Origin: an uncultured candidate division Zixibacteria bacterium
GTDB taxonomy: Bacteria; Zixibacteria; MSB-5A5; GN15; FEB-12
Length of the DNA stretch: 64,000 bases
Direction of reading: 5' to 3'
Assembly: GCA_963664195.1 (NCBI GenBank)
Contig: OY760907.1
Coordinates: forward strand, 2,048,001 to 2,112,000
Each line of letters begins with the position of its first letter. Position 1 is the first letter of the stretch. A program made the translations under genes and the position numbers. The notes under the pieces are model-generated. The model saw only the letters and a program-made list of their open reading frames with translations. It did not search any database and had not been told where the DNA came from. Below are positions 10,198 through 19,263 of the stretch, piece by piece.

Positions 10198-10353
10198 CCC
10201 ACCGGGAGCCCTCCATTTGTGGTAGAGCGACGGATGCCTTCAGAGGTGCAAAAAATCCTTGGCTTGCCGAGCTTATTTTATTATCGTATGGCCCCCTTCT
10301 GAGAAGGGGGAAAGACAAGACCTAGACTCCGCCTGAGGCGGATTTTCGATATT

Positions 10354-10426
<73 letters not shown>

Positions 10427-10477
10427 TTAAGTTTTGTTGGAATTTGTGTTCTCGCCGTGGGGTGAGAAATCGAAGCT

Positions 10478-10745
10478 GAAGTGCTAGACGGGGAGCCAGC
10501 GGTGCCCTGTAACCCGGAATCCGCTATACCGGGGTTGAATTCCCACCCGAGGGCTTAGCGAATCTGGTGTATTGACGGATAAGCGGCGTTGACGGCTGGG
10601 TCCTGTACAACATCAGCCTTTCGAACTCGGTCAGGACCGGAAGGTAGCAGCCGTAGAAAATTCCTGGTGTGTGTTGCGGGAGCGCCCGGCCTGAGTTGGC
10701 TGTTTGAATATCTCCTGAGGAGCGGTTCGGAGGTGGGTGCACGTT
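10478..10745 (+). ncRNA. ffs: Large (Alu-domain-containing) bacterial SRP RNA
   Basis: 5' GTGCTAGACGGGAG..GCGGTGCCCTGT..AATCCGCT resembles the Bacillus scRNA Alu domain; Ffh-binding TCAGGACCGGAAGGTAGCAG at ~10631-10650; 3' GGTGCACG pairs with the 5' end. Confidence 0.93.
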
Positions 10746-10752
10746 AAACTCG

Positions 10753-10789
10753 AAAGCCCTCCGGTCTTAAATGACCGGAGGGCTTTTTT
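10753..10789. terminator. Bidirectional intrinsic terminator
   Basis: AAAGCCCTCCGGTC-ttaaat-GACCGGAGGGCTTTTTT between ffs and a convergent CDS. Confidence 0.88.
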
Positions 10790-10832
10790 GTGCTGGACGG
10801 TTTGCACTCCTTGGCCTTGGTACCGTACCTCG

Positions 10833-12296
10833 CTATTTCAATAGCATCATCTTGCGAACTTGCGAGTACTCTCCCGTCTGCAAACGATACAGGTACATCC
10901 CGGATGCAACAGCGTTTCCGCTGCGATCGGTCCCGTCCCAGACAACCTCGTGGGTTCCGGCCGGTACCGTCGCATCCTTCAGTGTTTTCACTAGTTGTCC
11001 CGTGACATTGACGACCGTGATTCTCACTTCGGAACGTCGGGGGACCGTATAATTGATAGTCGTGGAAGGATTGAACGGGTTGGGGTAATTGGCCGCAAGC
11101 GCGAACCCGTCGGGAAGATTGCCCTCTGCGATATCTCCGACATCCATAGCCGCGTCGCCGATTTTCATCAGGTAGAACTCCTGGTAGCTCGATTCGCCGT
11201 CCCTCACCCCTGTCATCACAAAATCGCCGTCGTAAGTCTGGACGGTACAGTGGGCTTGCTCGTGTCTGAGGGTACCAAAAGATGCTGTCCAGAGCGTATC
11301 ACCCGCTTCGCTGAGCATCACGCCAAGAAAGTCGCGGCCGAAACCGTAATTGGTCAACCAACCGGCGCAGAAGTAGCCGCCCTCGTTGCATTCCAGAACA
11401 GAACGGATATCCATCGACTCCAGGGTTTGGGTCCAGAGCGTGTCGCCGAGAGAGTCCGTTTTGACAATCCATGCGCCGTTGGGAGAGACTGAACTGCTGT
11501 AGCCGGCCAGTACAAAACCACCGTCGCTAGTCGCCGCTGCTGAATAGCAAGGGTCAACAGAGTTCCCACCGTACCTCTGGTTCCAGAGTTCCGTCCCTGC
11601 ATTGTCGGTCTTGACAAGCCAATAATCCCGTAGGAAGGGCTGATAGTTGTCATAGTACGAACCGGCCAGTGCCAGGGTACCGTCGGCCAGTTCCATGACG
11701 CTCCATCCTTCGTTAGACTCCGCACCGCCGTAACTCCTGCCCCACACCGTGTTGCCGTCAGAGTCCAGCTTGGCCAGAATCAGGTTGCGACTCAACCCTG
11801 ATTCGTAGCGGTAGCCGACAGCCAGGATACTGCTGTCGGCCGTTTCGGTTACACCGTAGAACATACCGTTTGCGGCCCCGACGGTTCTGGTCCAAAGCGT
11901 GTCGCCGGAGGCGTCGGTCTTGACAACAAATGGATAGTATTCAACACCCCACCGGCCGTGGTAACCTGCCATGACAAAAGAGCCGTCATGGGTTTCTACC
12001 ATTTCGTTGGCCGACTGTCCGAGAGAGTCACCGATTGTTCTGGTCCAGAGCGTGTCCCCGTACGCGTCTGTGCGGACCAGCCAGATGTCCGAGTAGACTG
12101 CCCCGGGGCCCATGGTCATGCCGCAGATAGCCAAACCGCTGTCGGCCGTTTCGACCACACAGATAGACGAATCATGTCCTTCAGGACCGGGTATCATTCT
12201 CGTCCAGAGTGTATCGATGGTCTGTGCCGTCAGGCAAGACGGCAGTATCAGGATGCCTAGCAGCACGACTGCGGCGAGTGATTTGGTGGCTTTCAT
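10833..12296 (-). CDS. Secreted repeat (beta-propeller-like) protein with FlgD-Ig/Por-secretion-type C-terminal tail
   Basis: Signal peptide; repeated xKTDxxGDTLWTRTxG units; tail NYPNPFNPSTTI...WDGTD...SGMYLYRL...KMMLLK. Confidence 0.85.
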   Translation of the reverse strand: MKATKSLAAVVLLGILILPSCLTAQTIDTLWTRMIPGPEGHDSSICVVETADSGLAICGMTMGPGAVYSDIWLVRTDAYGDTLWTRTIGDSLGQSANEMVETHDGSFVMAGYHGRWGVEYYPFVVKTDASGDTLWTRTVGAANGMFYGVTETADSSILAVGYRYESGLSRNLILAKLDSDGNTVWGRSYGGAESNEGWSVMELADGTLALAGSYYDNYQPFLRDYWLVKTDNAGTELWNQRYGGNSVDPCYSAAATSDGGFVLAGYSSSVSPNGAWIVKTDSLGDTLWTQTLESMDIRSVLECNEGGYFCAGWLTNYGFGRDFLGVMLSEAGDTLWTASFGTLRHEQAHCTVQTYDGDFVMTGVRDGESSYQEFYLMKIGDAAMDVGDIAEGNLPDGFALAANYPNPFNPSTTINYTVPRRSEVRITVVNVTGQLVKTLKDATVPAGTHEVVWDGTDRSGNAVASGMYLYRLQTGEYSQVRKMMLLK

Positions 12297-12662
12297 AGTA
12301 CCTCCCGAGCGAGAATCAGGGTAATGATTACAAATTCAGTTCCATCGCGATGTGTCAAGTTCTGGTAGTGCTCACGGGAAACTAGCAATAGGCAACACGC
12401 CTGTCAATCTAACAATTGACCGGTCGGTATGTTATGCCTCCTCACGAATTCATTGCTAAAATAGTCCAGACTCGCTATATTTCAGGCAGACGACAAATAT
12501 CACACCAAAACGGGAGGGAAGATCATGCGGATTCCGCCCCGATGCCGCATCCGTTTGCGCCTGCCCGTCGAAGGAGGGGTGCGAACCAGATTACTCCCAC
12601 CCGACGCCTCGCTACGATCGCTCTGGGCGGGGTATCGAAGAGCTTGTCCCAGAATCGTCTCC

Positions 12663-12691
12663 TTGACAATCCATCAAACAGCCGGTATATT
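12663..12691 (+). promoter_or_regulatory. Sigma70-type promoter for the serpin gene
   Basis: TTGACA-17 nt-TATATT, about 40 nt upstream of GGAGGGG RBS and ATG 12729. Confidence 0.65.
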
Positions 12692-12728
12692 ATTCTCGTC
12701 TATAAAGAAAACGCACGGAGGGGATGCT

Positions 12729-13982
12729 ATGCGCAAGCTGTCGTCAGTATTAGTTTTCGGATTGACCGCTATCCTTTGCCTTCAGTGCTCGTCACTCACA
12801 GAGCCTGAAGACCCTCAACCCGAACCTCGTCGGACAATCGCCCAACTGACTCCCGCTGAGTCACAACTTCTGTTCTCGTTTGATGCCTTCGGCACCAGAC
12901 TGTTTCGGGAGATTGCTGATAGAGCTGAGCCGGGCGACAATCTGTTTGTCTCGCCGCTATCGGTTTCGTACGCCTTTGGCATGCTGCTCAACGGTGCAGT
13001 GGGGGACACTCGCGATTCACTCGCGGCAACTCTCGGCGTACTGAGCGTGCCCGAGAACGGGGTCAACGAATCGTATCAGAACCTGATGTCCACGCTGACG
13101 CAGCTCGACCCGGACGTGACCATGGATATCGCTAATTCCATCTGGTATCGGCAGGGCATTCCGGTTGAGCAACCGTTTATCGAGACCAACCAGACGTATT
13201 TTGATGCTCTGGTGCAGGGGCTGGATTTCTCCGACGAATCGGCCGCCCTCACCATCAACAACTGGGTCAACGACAAGACCAGGGGAAAGATCACCAGTAT
13301 CATCGATCCGCCGATCTCAAGTGAGGTCATCATGTACCTGATCAATGCGGTGTATTTCAAGGCCGACTGGACTCTGCCGTTCAATCCTGAGTATACGGAG
13401 ACTGCGGACTTTCATCGCGCCGACGGTTCCACAGTTGACTGCGACATGATGTTAAACTTGAACACGTTTGCGTATCTCCAGAACGATCTGCTTACTTCCG
13501 TTGGGCTTCCGTACGGGGAGGAGGGCTTCCGGATGACGATCCTGCTTCCCAACGAGGGCAACTCAGTGGCGGATGTTCTCGATGAGATGTCGGACGAAGC
13601 CTGGGCCGGTTGGCTGGAAAGCACCGTGGAGACCGAGGTGATGGTTGGCCTTCCGAAATTCCGGTTTGCGTACAACATTTCACTCGCGAACGTACTGCAG
13701 GACATGGGCATGACCATTGCCTTCAACTCGTCGACCGCCGATTTTACCGCAATGACGCTGCTCGACGACGTTTACATAAGTGATGTACTCCACAAGTCGT
13801 TCGTGCAGGTTGATGAAGAAGGTACCGAGGCTGCCGCGGTTACTGCGATTGAGGTGTCTGTTGGAAGCGCTCCTTCTCCGTCGATCTTCTGCGACCGACC
13901 GTTCCTCTTCGTGATCCATGAGGACGTTTCCGGGGCAATTTTGTTCATGGGCAAGGTCGCCGAACCGGTCTGGGGGGAGTAG
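12729..13982 (+). CDS. Serpin family lipoprotein
   Basis: Start revised to 12729 (RBS, promoter); lipobox CLQC; NLFVSPLS, INAVYFKADW, hinge EEGTEAAAVT, DRPFLF, ILFMG. Confidence 0.92.
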   Translation: MRKLSSVLVFGLTAILCLQCSSLTEPEDPQPEPRRTIAQLTPAESQLLFSFDAFGTRLFREIADRAEPGDNLFVSPLSVSYAFGMLLNGAVGDTRDSLAATLGVLSVPENGVNESYQNLMSTLTQLDPDVTMDIANSIWYRQGIPVEQPFIETNQTYFDALVQGLDFSDESAALTINNWVNDKTRGKITSIIDPPISSEVIMYLINAVYFKADWTLPFNPEYTETADFHRADGSTVDCDMMLNLNTFAYLQNDLLTSVGLPYGEEGFRMTILLPNEGNSVADVLDEMSDEAWAGWLESTVETEVMVGLPKFRFAYNISLANVLQDMGMTIAFNSSTADFTAMTLLDDVYISDVLHKSFVQVDEEGTEAAAVTAIEVSVGSAPSPSIFCDRPFLFVIHEDVSGAILFMGKVAEPVWGE

Positions 13983-14046
13983 GGGAGAAGGAATCCATCG
14001 AGTGATGCAGTCTTCGACTGGAGGCTGTGTCGTAATAGGTGAAGCT

Positions 14047-14074
14047 GGGGCAGACGACACGTCTGCCGCCCACA
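14047..14074. repeat. REP-like palindrome (family 1)
   Basis: GGGGCAGACGacaCGTCTGCCGCCCACA; nearly identical to the copies at 47556-47637; reverse complement starts TGTGGGCGGCAGA. Confidence 0.7.
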
Positions 14075-14081
14075 GTAACAA

Positions 14082-14951
14082 ATGGAATCCCGCCAGTTCC
14101 AGTGGGTTTTGGCTCACGAACTGGCGCACGTGAGCCGCCGAGACTATCTCGCGAGATGGATCGAATGGTCGGCCTGTGTCTGTTTCTGGTGGAATCCGGT
14201 TGTGTACTGGGCGCGACACCATTTGCGCCGAAACGAAGAGCTCTGCTGTGATGCCCTCGTAGTGTCCAGTCTGAGACCCAATCCGCATACATACGCAGAC
14301 TCTCTCTTGAGCGCGTTCGAGAGTTTTGCTTTTCCCGCGATTCGTCCACCGGCAATGGCGAGCGAAATAAGCGGCGGCGATTTCCTTGAAAGGAGATTCA
14401 AGATGATAGTATCAGGGACGCTAACGAGAAAAACCTCGAAACGGACATTCGCGGGCATTCTGGTGTGTGCTCTGGCGGTGCTCTCGCTGGGGATTGGCTG
14501 TCACGAAGAGGAGACTGCGATCGACTCCCCGCCGGTCAACGGCCAGTCACTCGCGACCGAGGAACCTGTGCAGAGTCCGGATCGCGAGGTTATGGACGCT
14601 GACAGTGATGAAGAAATCGAGGGCTATGTTTCAGACGGAATTAACAGTGACGATTTGCCTGCAATAGACGATTTCGTTCCGGTGGAGCAATTTGCCGAGA
14701 TGATTCACTACGTGAACCCTGTGTACCCGGCCAAGGAACTAAAGGCCGGGGTCCAGGGCATTGTGTGGGTAAAGGTTCTGGTTGGCAGAAAAGGCGACGT
14801 GCTTGACGCGGTCGTATACAAGACCTCGGGGACTAAGTCCCTGGACAAGTCCGCTCTGAAGGCTGCATTGGAAAACAAGTTTAAGCCTGCGATTCAGGAC
14901 GGCAAGCCGGTGGCTATGTGGGTGACGTACAAAGTGACGTTTGCGATATAG
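14082..14951 (+). pseudogene. 5'-truncated BlaR1/M56 peptidase-TonB C-terminal fusion
   Basis: Begins just before HELAH; FWWNPVVY, EELCCD, then TM helix and TonB_C (YPAKELKAGVQG...FKPAIQDGKPV). The N-terminal TM region of M56 is missing; an in-frame TAA lies two codons upstream and no RBS is evident. Confidence 0.65.
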
Positions 14952-14970
14952 ATATGCAATGCCCGACATG

Positions 14971-15130
14971 ATCGACAGGGTTCCGTCCCTGTCGATTCTC
15001 CCTCGTGACGCTCGCTCGCGCCGTCCGATCCAAACAAGTCTGAATCGGCTACCCGTCGGGTATCCTGCTCCACACAAGATGTCGGGTTTCTCGCTCCCCA
15101 TGGTATGCGGACCTCGGAACACCGACCTAC
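14971..15130. repeat. Cluster of REP-like palindromes between convergent genes
   Basis: ATCGACAGGG-ttccgt-CCCTGTCGAT; CTACCCGTCGGGTAT...CTCCACA; CGGACCTCGG also occurs inverted at ~63004. Confidence 0.5.
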
Positions 15131-15179
15131 TCGGATGGAACTGACTGGATGGACACGGACTGACACGTTGCTTAACCGG

Positions 15180-16577
15180 CTACCTAATCGTTAGCAACCG
15201 GCTTTCTCGGTCAATCCGGATATCTATCAGCGTCGTGGTGTTCGTGAAGAACGGCTTCACTTTTTCGCCTTTCACCCTCTTCGGGTGGAGCAGTACGATA
15301 TTTTCCAGTTTGCCGGTCTGATAGGTGATGTCGCGGTCGCCCGATTCCGCGTCGACTCTCATTGTCAGAACGTGGTTGTCGCCGACGATTTCATGCACCT
15401 GGTCCGGCCTAACCAGGTACCGTTTGTAGCTCGAATCCTGCGAGTGTGTGTGCAGGTTCTCTTCCAACAATCGATCCAACTCTCCTGAGCGGCGGCTCTC
15501 CTCGCGTGACATTTTTGTGCCCGCCGGGACGTGTTGCACGCCGTTTCCGGCCGGGGACAATCGAGACAATTCCCACACGTTGAATTCCAGATGATAGTCC
15601 GGCACTGGCATCCCACGGTCATCGCGGATACGGAATATGAATTGCTGATAATTCAGATTTTTGTCAGCACCTACCTGCTTGCCGGTAAACTCATAAAAGT
15701 CTTTGGTCAGCATGTCATAGTCGGTTTCGGTTGCAGACAGGCAGCGGATGATCTGCTCCAGGAGAAGGTCGTTCTCTTTCAGCTTGAGAATCGAGGCATG
15801 GTTGAGATTGTTGTGTATTGCGAACGGTATGTTGACTGGAATGAACCCACGCTTTTTGTGCTGCTCCTCAGTGAAACCGTGCCACGATGTTGAGTTGTCT
15901 TCACGATTGCCGACAAAGTCGAGGTCCAGCCGGCGCGAGTTGAGACTGGCACCGGCAACGACGATTGTGCCGTCAGTTCCCGGCTTGTTGACGAATTGCC
16001 TCAAACCGCCGTATCCCTTGCATCCGGTAATGACACTTGCTCTGATGCCCGACTTGTGGTAGAGCGAGCCGTTTTTGCCGAACAAATCAGAATCGGATAG
16101 TTCCCACGCGAACGGTGAGGCGAGTTCGAGACCGTCGAGGATTTTCTGGCCGACCTCAAAGTGATCTCCGCTTCCGTGCTGGCCCTTGAAGACCTTCCCG
16201 ATCAGCGACTTTCCTTTCGTCGCCAGGGGAGAGCCGAAATTGGCCGGGGCGAGGAAAACAACATTGCCCACGAGGTCGTGTCGTTCGGGATACTGTCGGA
16301 ACCATTGTCGTAAGACGAGTGCGCCGGTGGAGTGGGTGACAAAGTGTATGCGACCGTCGGTGCCGGTCAGTTTACCCTGTTTGGCGAATCGCGCCAGCTC
16401 TTTGTCAAGGCCTTCGGCAAAATCTTCGTACACTGCCTTGTCTTCGCGGGAGTCATAATTGGCGTACCTGACACCGGCACCTTCGGCCTGGAGAGGCGAG
16501 CCAACTTTTTTCATCGACTTCCAGTTGTCGCTCCAGCCGTGGACGATTACCAGCTGTTTGCCGCTGAGTTTTCCCAT
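15180..16577 (-). CDS. Alpha/beta hydrolase (lipase/esterase-like)
   Basis: Start revised to MGKLSG after GGAGG; oxyanion VHGWSD, nucleophile elbow THSTG, LAPANFGS, DGTI, NHASI. Confidence 0.8.
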   Translation of the reverse strand: MGKLSGKQLVIVHGWSDNWKSMKKVGSPLQAEGAGVRYANYDSREDKAVYEDFAEGLDKELARFAKQGKLTGTDGRIHFVTHSTGALVLRQWFRQYPERHDLVGNVVFLAPANFGSPLATKGKSLIGKVFKGQHGSGDHFEVGQKILDGLELASPFAWELSDSDLFGKNGSLYHKSGIRASVITGCKGYGGLRQFVNKPGTDGTIVVAGASLNSRRLDLDFVGNREDNSTSWHGFTEEQHKKRGFIPVNIPFAIHNNLNHASILKLKENDLLLEQIIRCLSATETDYDMLTKDFYEFTGKQVGADKNLNYQQFIFRIRDDRGMPVPDYHLEFNVWELSRLSPAGNGVQHVPAGTKMSREESRRSGELDRLLEENLHTHSQDSSYKRYLVRPDQVHEIVGDNHVLTMRVDAESGDRDITYQTGKLENIVLLHPKRVKGEKVKPFFTNTTTLIDIRIDRESRLLTIR

Positions 16578-16691
16578 ACTGCGACCTCCGATTTTTTGTG
16601 CTCGATTTCGGTTTGTTTGTGTCGTTCGATTGATGCGAGAAGAGAGGGCTTGCGACTGCAAGCCCTCAACAGTAAATACGATAGTTTGTGT

Positions 16692-17150
16692 CTATACGGA
16701 CACTGGTTGTCTGGGGCCAACCTTGCCGACCTGGATATCTGCCTTCATGTATGGCTCGACCTTGATCGGCGAACCAAAGAGGCGGCGCAGTGTCCCCAGC
16801 TTTCCAACATGAGTCATGGCGTCACACCACGGCCCCTGGAACATCTGCAGGAATAGTCGCTCGTCGACGTCGCACTCGTCGACAGTCCGGTCGAGTTTGG
16901 CCAGGTTACCATGGAAGACCTCGATAGCTTCTATCCAGGGCACTTCCTCCACGGCAGTCGGAGTCTCGCCGCGATACCATTCTTCCGTTATGGAGAGCAT
17001 GCCGTTGATATGATTCAGTATCTGGGTTGGCGTACGAGTGTCCATTCCGGCCTCGAAATCCGCAAAGCCTTCGGGGGCATCGTTCACGACGGTTCTGACA
17101 CGAAAGGCCATGGTGGCCAGCATGTGTCTCAGCAAGTACTTATGATCCAT
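16692..17150 (-). CDS. DinB/DUF664-like four-helix-bundle protein
   Basis: Start revised to MDHKYLL after AAGGAG; RTPTQILNHI, DAMTHVGKL..LRR. Confidence 0.7.
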   Translation of the reverse strand: MDHKYLLRHMLATMAFRVRTVVNDAPEGFADFEAGMDTRTPTQILNHINGMLSITEEWYRGETPTAVEEVPWIEAIEVFHGNLAKLDRTVDECDVDERLFLQMFQGPWCDAMTHVGKLGTLRRLFGSPIKVEPYMKADIQVGKVGPRQPVSV

Positions 17151-17435
17151 AATCGTCTCCTTTGTATAGAAGTCGGATGGGTGGCTCAGCCACTTTACCG
17201 CAGAATGGAACAAACTGCTTTCTGGTGTCCGATTCCCTGTCTGTATATCAGCTCAGTATGGCGTGGCTTGTAACAATGGGAGTAGAGGAGCGATCACCAC
17301 TCATTCGGTAGTATTGCCGTGGGATTTGACACACTTGACCGGCTAAGCTCTGTGGTGACGTCGGTCGGGATATCAGATATACGGGCAATCTGTTTGCATG
17401 CGTGTTGACCGGACTGCCGGCAAGATGAATATCCC

Positions 17436-17474
17436 AAAACAAGTGAGCCACCCGGATGGGAAGCCGGGTGGCTC
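17436..17474 (-). terminator. Intrinsic terminator
   Basis: GAGCCACCCGG-cttcccat-CCGGGTGGCTC-ACTTGTTTT on the minus strand (11-bp stem). Confidence 0.75.
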
Positions 17475-17622
17475 GGGCAGGCATTAGGGTACCTATGGGA
17501 CAGGGATTTTTAGGTCTTGTCTAAAGCCCAGCGGCAAAAGCAATTGTGTCCTCAATCGCTTCGGCCAAGAAGAAGACAACAGTTGTTAGGTCGGTTGTTG
17601 CGTGTTCCGTGTCTCCGTCTAG
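17436..17622 (-). ncRNA. Candidate ECF-sigma-driven small RNA (~185 nt)
   Basis: Lies between an ECF-like promoter (17630-17654) and a strong hairpin plus U-tract (17436-17474); no credible ORF. Confidence 0.45.
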
Positions 17623-17654
17623 CTCATAAGACGAAAAACCGGCTCGAATGTTCG
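17623..17654 (-). promoter_or_regulatory. ECF-sigma-type promoter
   Basis: CGAAC-attcgagccggttttt(16)-CGTC-TTATGAG on the minus strand. Confidence 0.55.
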
Positions 17655-17721
17655 GTTAATTTTTTGGGAAATGGCAGAAAATCGGTGCACTGAGCGGGGG
17701 AAAGGGTGCCGGTACGGCAAC

Positions 17722-18222
17722 CTACTCCATACTCCGAAATGCCCGGATCAACTCACCTGGCGATTGGATGTTCATCAGTTCGTCGCGGAAAGACTCGTAT
17801 TGGAGCGCCTCGGCCAGAGCTTTGAACACCTTCAAATAGAGTTGGTCCTCGTAGGGGGGAGCGGCCATGACAAAAAACAGGTGCGAGAGTTTGCCGTCGA
17901 GAGAATCAAACTCGTAGCCTTCGGTCGAGCGCGCGAATCCAATCATGAATTCCTTTGCCTGCAACGAACGAATGTGCGGAATGGCGATACCGTTGCCGAT
18001 TGCCGTGGTGGCCTTCTTCTCACGATTCACAAAGTCCAGCATCAGCTTGGTCCGGTTGCCGATTCTGGCATCCTGCTCAAGCAACGTGACCAATTCCTCG
18101 AGTATCTCAGCTTTGGCGTCGACGATCCATTTCTCTCTGGATTTTTCCTCGTCGAACGGCTCAATGACGGTTTCCATCTCGAGCTTGATTGAATTCTCTG
18201 TAAAGTAGCGCGAAAGGTTCAT
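17722..18222 (-). CDS. PTS IIA (Ntr/fructose-type) regulatory subunit
   Basis: Start revised to MNLSRY; REKKATTAIGNGIAIPH phospho-His motif, FDSLDG. Confidence 0.88.
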   Translation of the reverse strand: MNLSRYFTENSIKLEMETVIEPFDEEKSREKWIVDAKAEILEELVTLLEQDARIGNRTKLMLDFVNREKKATTAIGNGIAIPHIRSLQAKEFMIGFARSTEGYEFDSLDGKLSHLFFVMAAPPYEDQLYLKVFKALAEALQYESFRDELMNIQSPGELIRAFRSME

Positions 18223-18619
18223 ACTTAGTATTAGTCGGTTTCCTCGGTGACTGTTTGAGGCATAATAGGTATAATCCCGGCGTTTTGTCAAGGTGATCAC
18301 GGCCTGTCGATATGCGACCAGGCTCCCGTTTCTGATCTCGCCACATGGTTAATATGTTGTCTTACACTCGCTTGTGCCGTTCTTGGGATTGCCGATAGCT
18401 GATTGATCTCGTCGACATACAATATTCCGGGCTGGATCGTGCCGGGGTCTCCTGCCTCCGAAACCGCCAAACTGTGGTTTTGACCACCGGGAATGCACAA
18501 AAAGGCCGATATGGTCGTCCATTTGTTGAAGAACTCTACATTTTCCTGTTGTGCGACAGGCCAATGGCGAATATATTGGTGGCTGGTTGATGATAGGTAC
18601 TTTAGGGAGAAATCCTGCA

Positions 18620-19093
18620 ATGAGAAAATTTGCACGTTTTTGGGTAGTTGCGTTGGTCTTTACAATCGGTATCGCCTGTTTCATCGGTTGCCGTGGTGAT
18701 ATTACGGTTCCTGAGCCGCCGACACTGAACGGCCGGTATGTTGGGTTGTACACCTATACGGAGGTTACCAACGGCACCGATACTCTGTATGATACCACAC
18801 AGGCGGTTTCGTTCAAGTTCACTTCAACTTCATTCAGTATGAGGGTTGAAGAGGACGAGAGCGATCGTGTTTTCTGTGATGTTGATGGCAAGTATGAACT
18901 GGGAAGTGCCGGGGCCGAGTTGACCTACACCGATCCGAGTGTGGGAGTCAAGATTTGTACTGAGAGCTATGGCCCCGAAGGTGCGTATAGTCTCGATCAG
19001 ACCTCGGATACGACGCGTTTACTTCACATTCACAGTGATGAAGACGGTGTGGTGGTCAATAAGCGGTTGCGTCTGGTAAACACGGACCTGTAG
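18620..19093 (+). CDS. Hypothetical lipoprotein
   Basis: AGGGAG RBS, hydrophobic signal ending FIGC; followed by a terminator. Confidence 0.75.
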   Translation: MRKFARFWVVALVFTIGIACFIGCRGDITVPEPPTLNGRYVGLYTYTEVTNGTDTLYDTTQAVSFKFTSTSFSMRVEEDESDRVFCDVDGKYELGSAGAELTYTDPSVGVKICTESYGPEGAYSLDQTSDTTRLLHIHSDEDGVVVNKRLRLVNTDL

Positions 19094-19112
19094 CCTCGCT
19101 TTGAAAGACTTG

Positions 19113-19140
19113 AAAGCCCGCCTCTGGCGGGCTTTTTTTT
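19113..19140 (+). terminator. Intrinsic terminator
   Basis: AAAGCCCGCC-tct-GGCGGGCTTTTTTTT. Confidence 0.88.
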
Positions 19141-19263
19141 GCTTATCTTCGAAACTTCGATGCTCTTCCGATTTTGACTGACGCAACCTGTCAGTCGCTC
19201 CACTTTGATTGAGGGCGTGGAACTTGAGTTCGAAACCGAGTCTGAATGCGGAGGTGAGGGAAG

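Noticed and set aside
10313..10324. 12-mer AGACAAGACCTA shared between the tRNA-Ala leader and the 17.5 kb candidate RNA
   Set aside because: A single short match with no extended similarity; compatible with chance.
12525..12728. N-terminal extensions in the ORF track (serpin; likewise 23768, 34403, 41233, 49279, 52173, 54076, 60079)
   Set aside because: Downstream starts have an RBS, signal peptide or family-typical N-terminus, and several extensions run through promoters, terminators or other genes.
18297..18753. ORFs in the divergent promoter region between PTS IIA and the lipoprotein
   Set aside because: Overlapping, no RBS or motifs; the region looks regulatory (TTGACA-18-TATTAT on the minus strand).
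19219..19246. RpoE-like GGAACTT...GTCTGA upstream of comM as a fourth ECF promoter
   Set aside because: The spacer is 1 nt shorter and the -10 lacks CGT; plausible but not counted.
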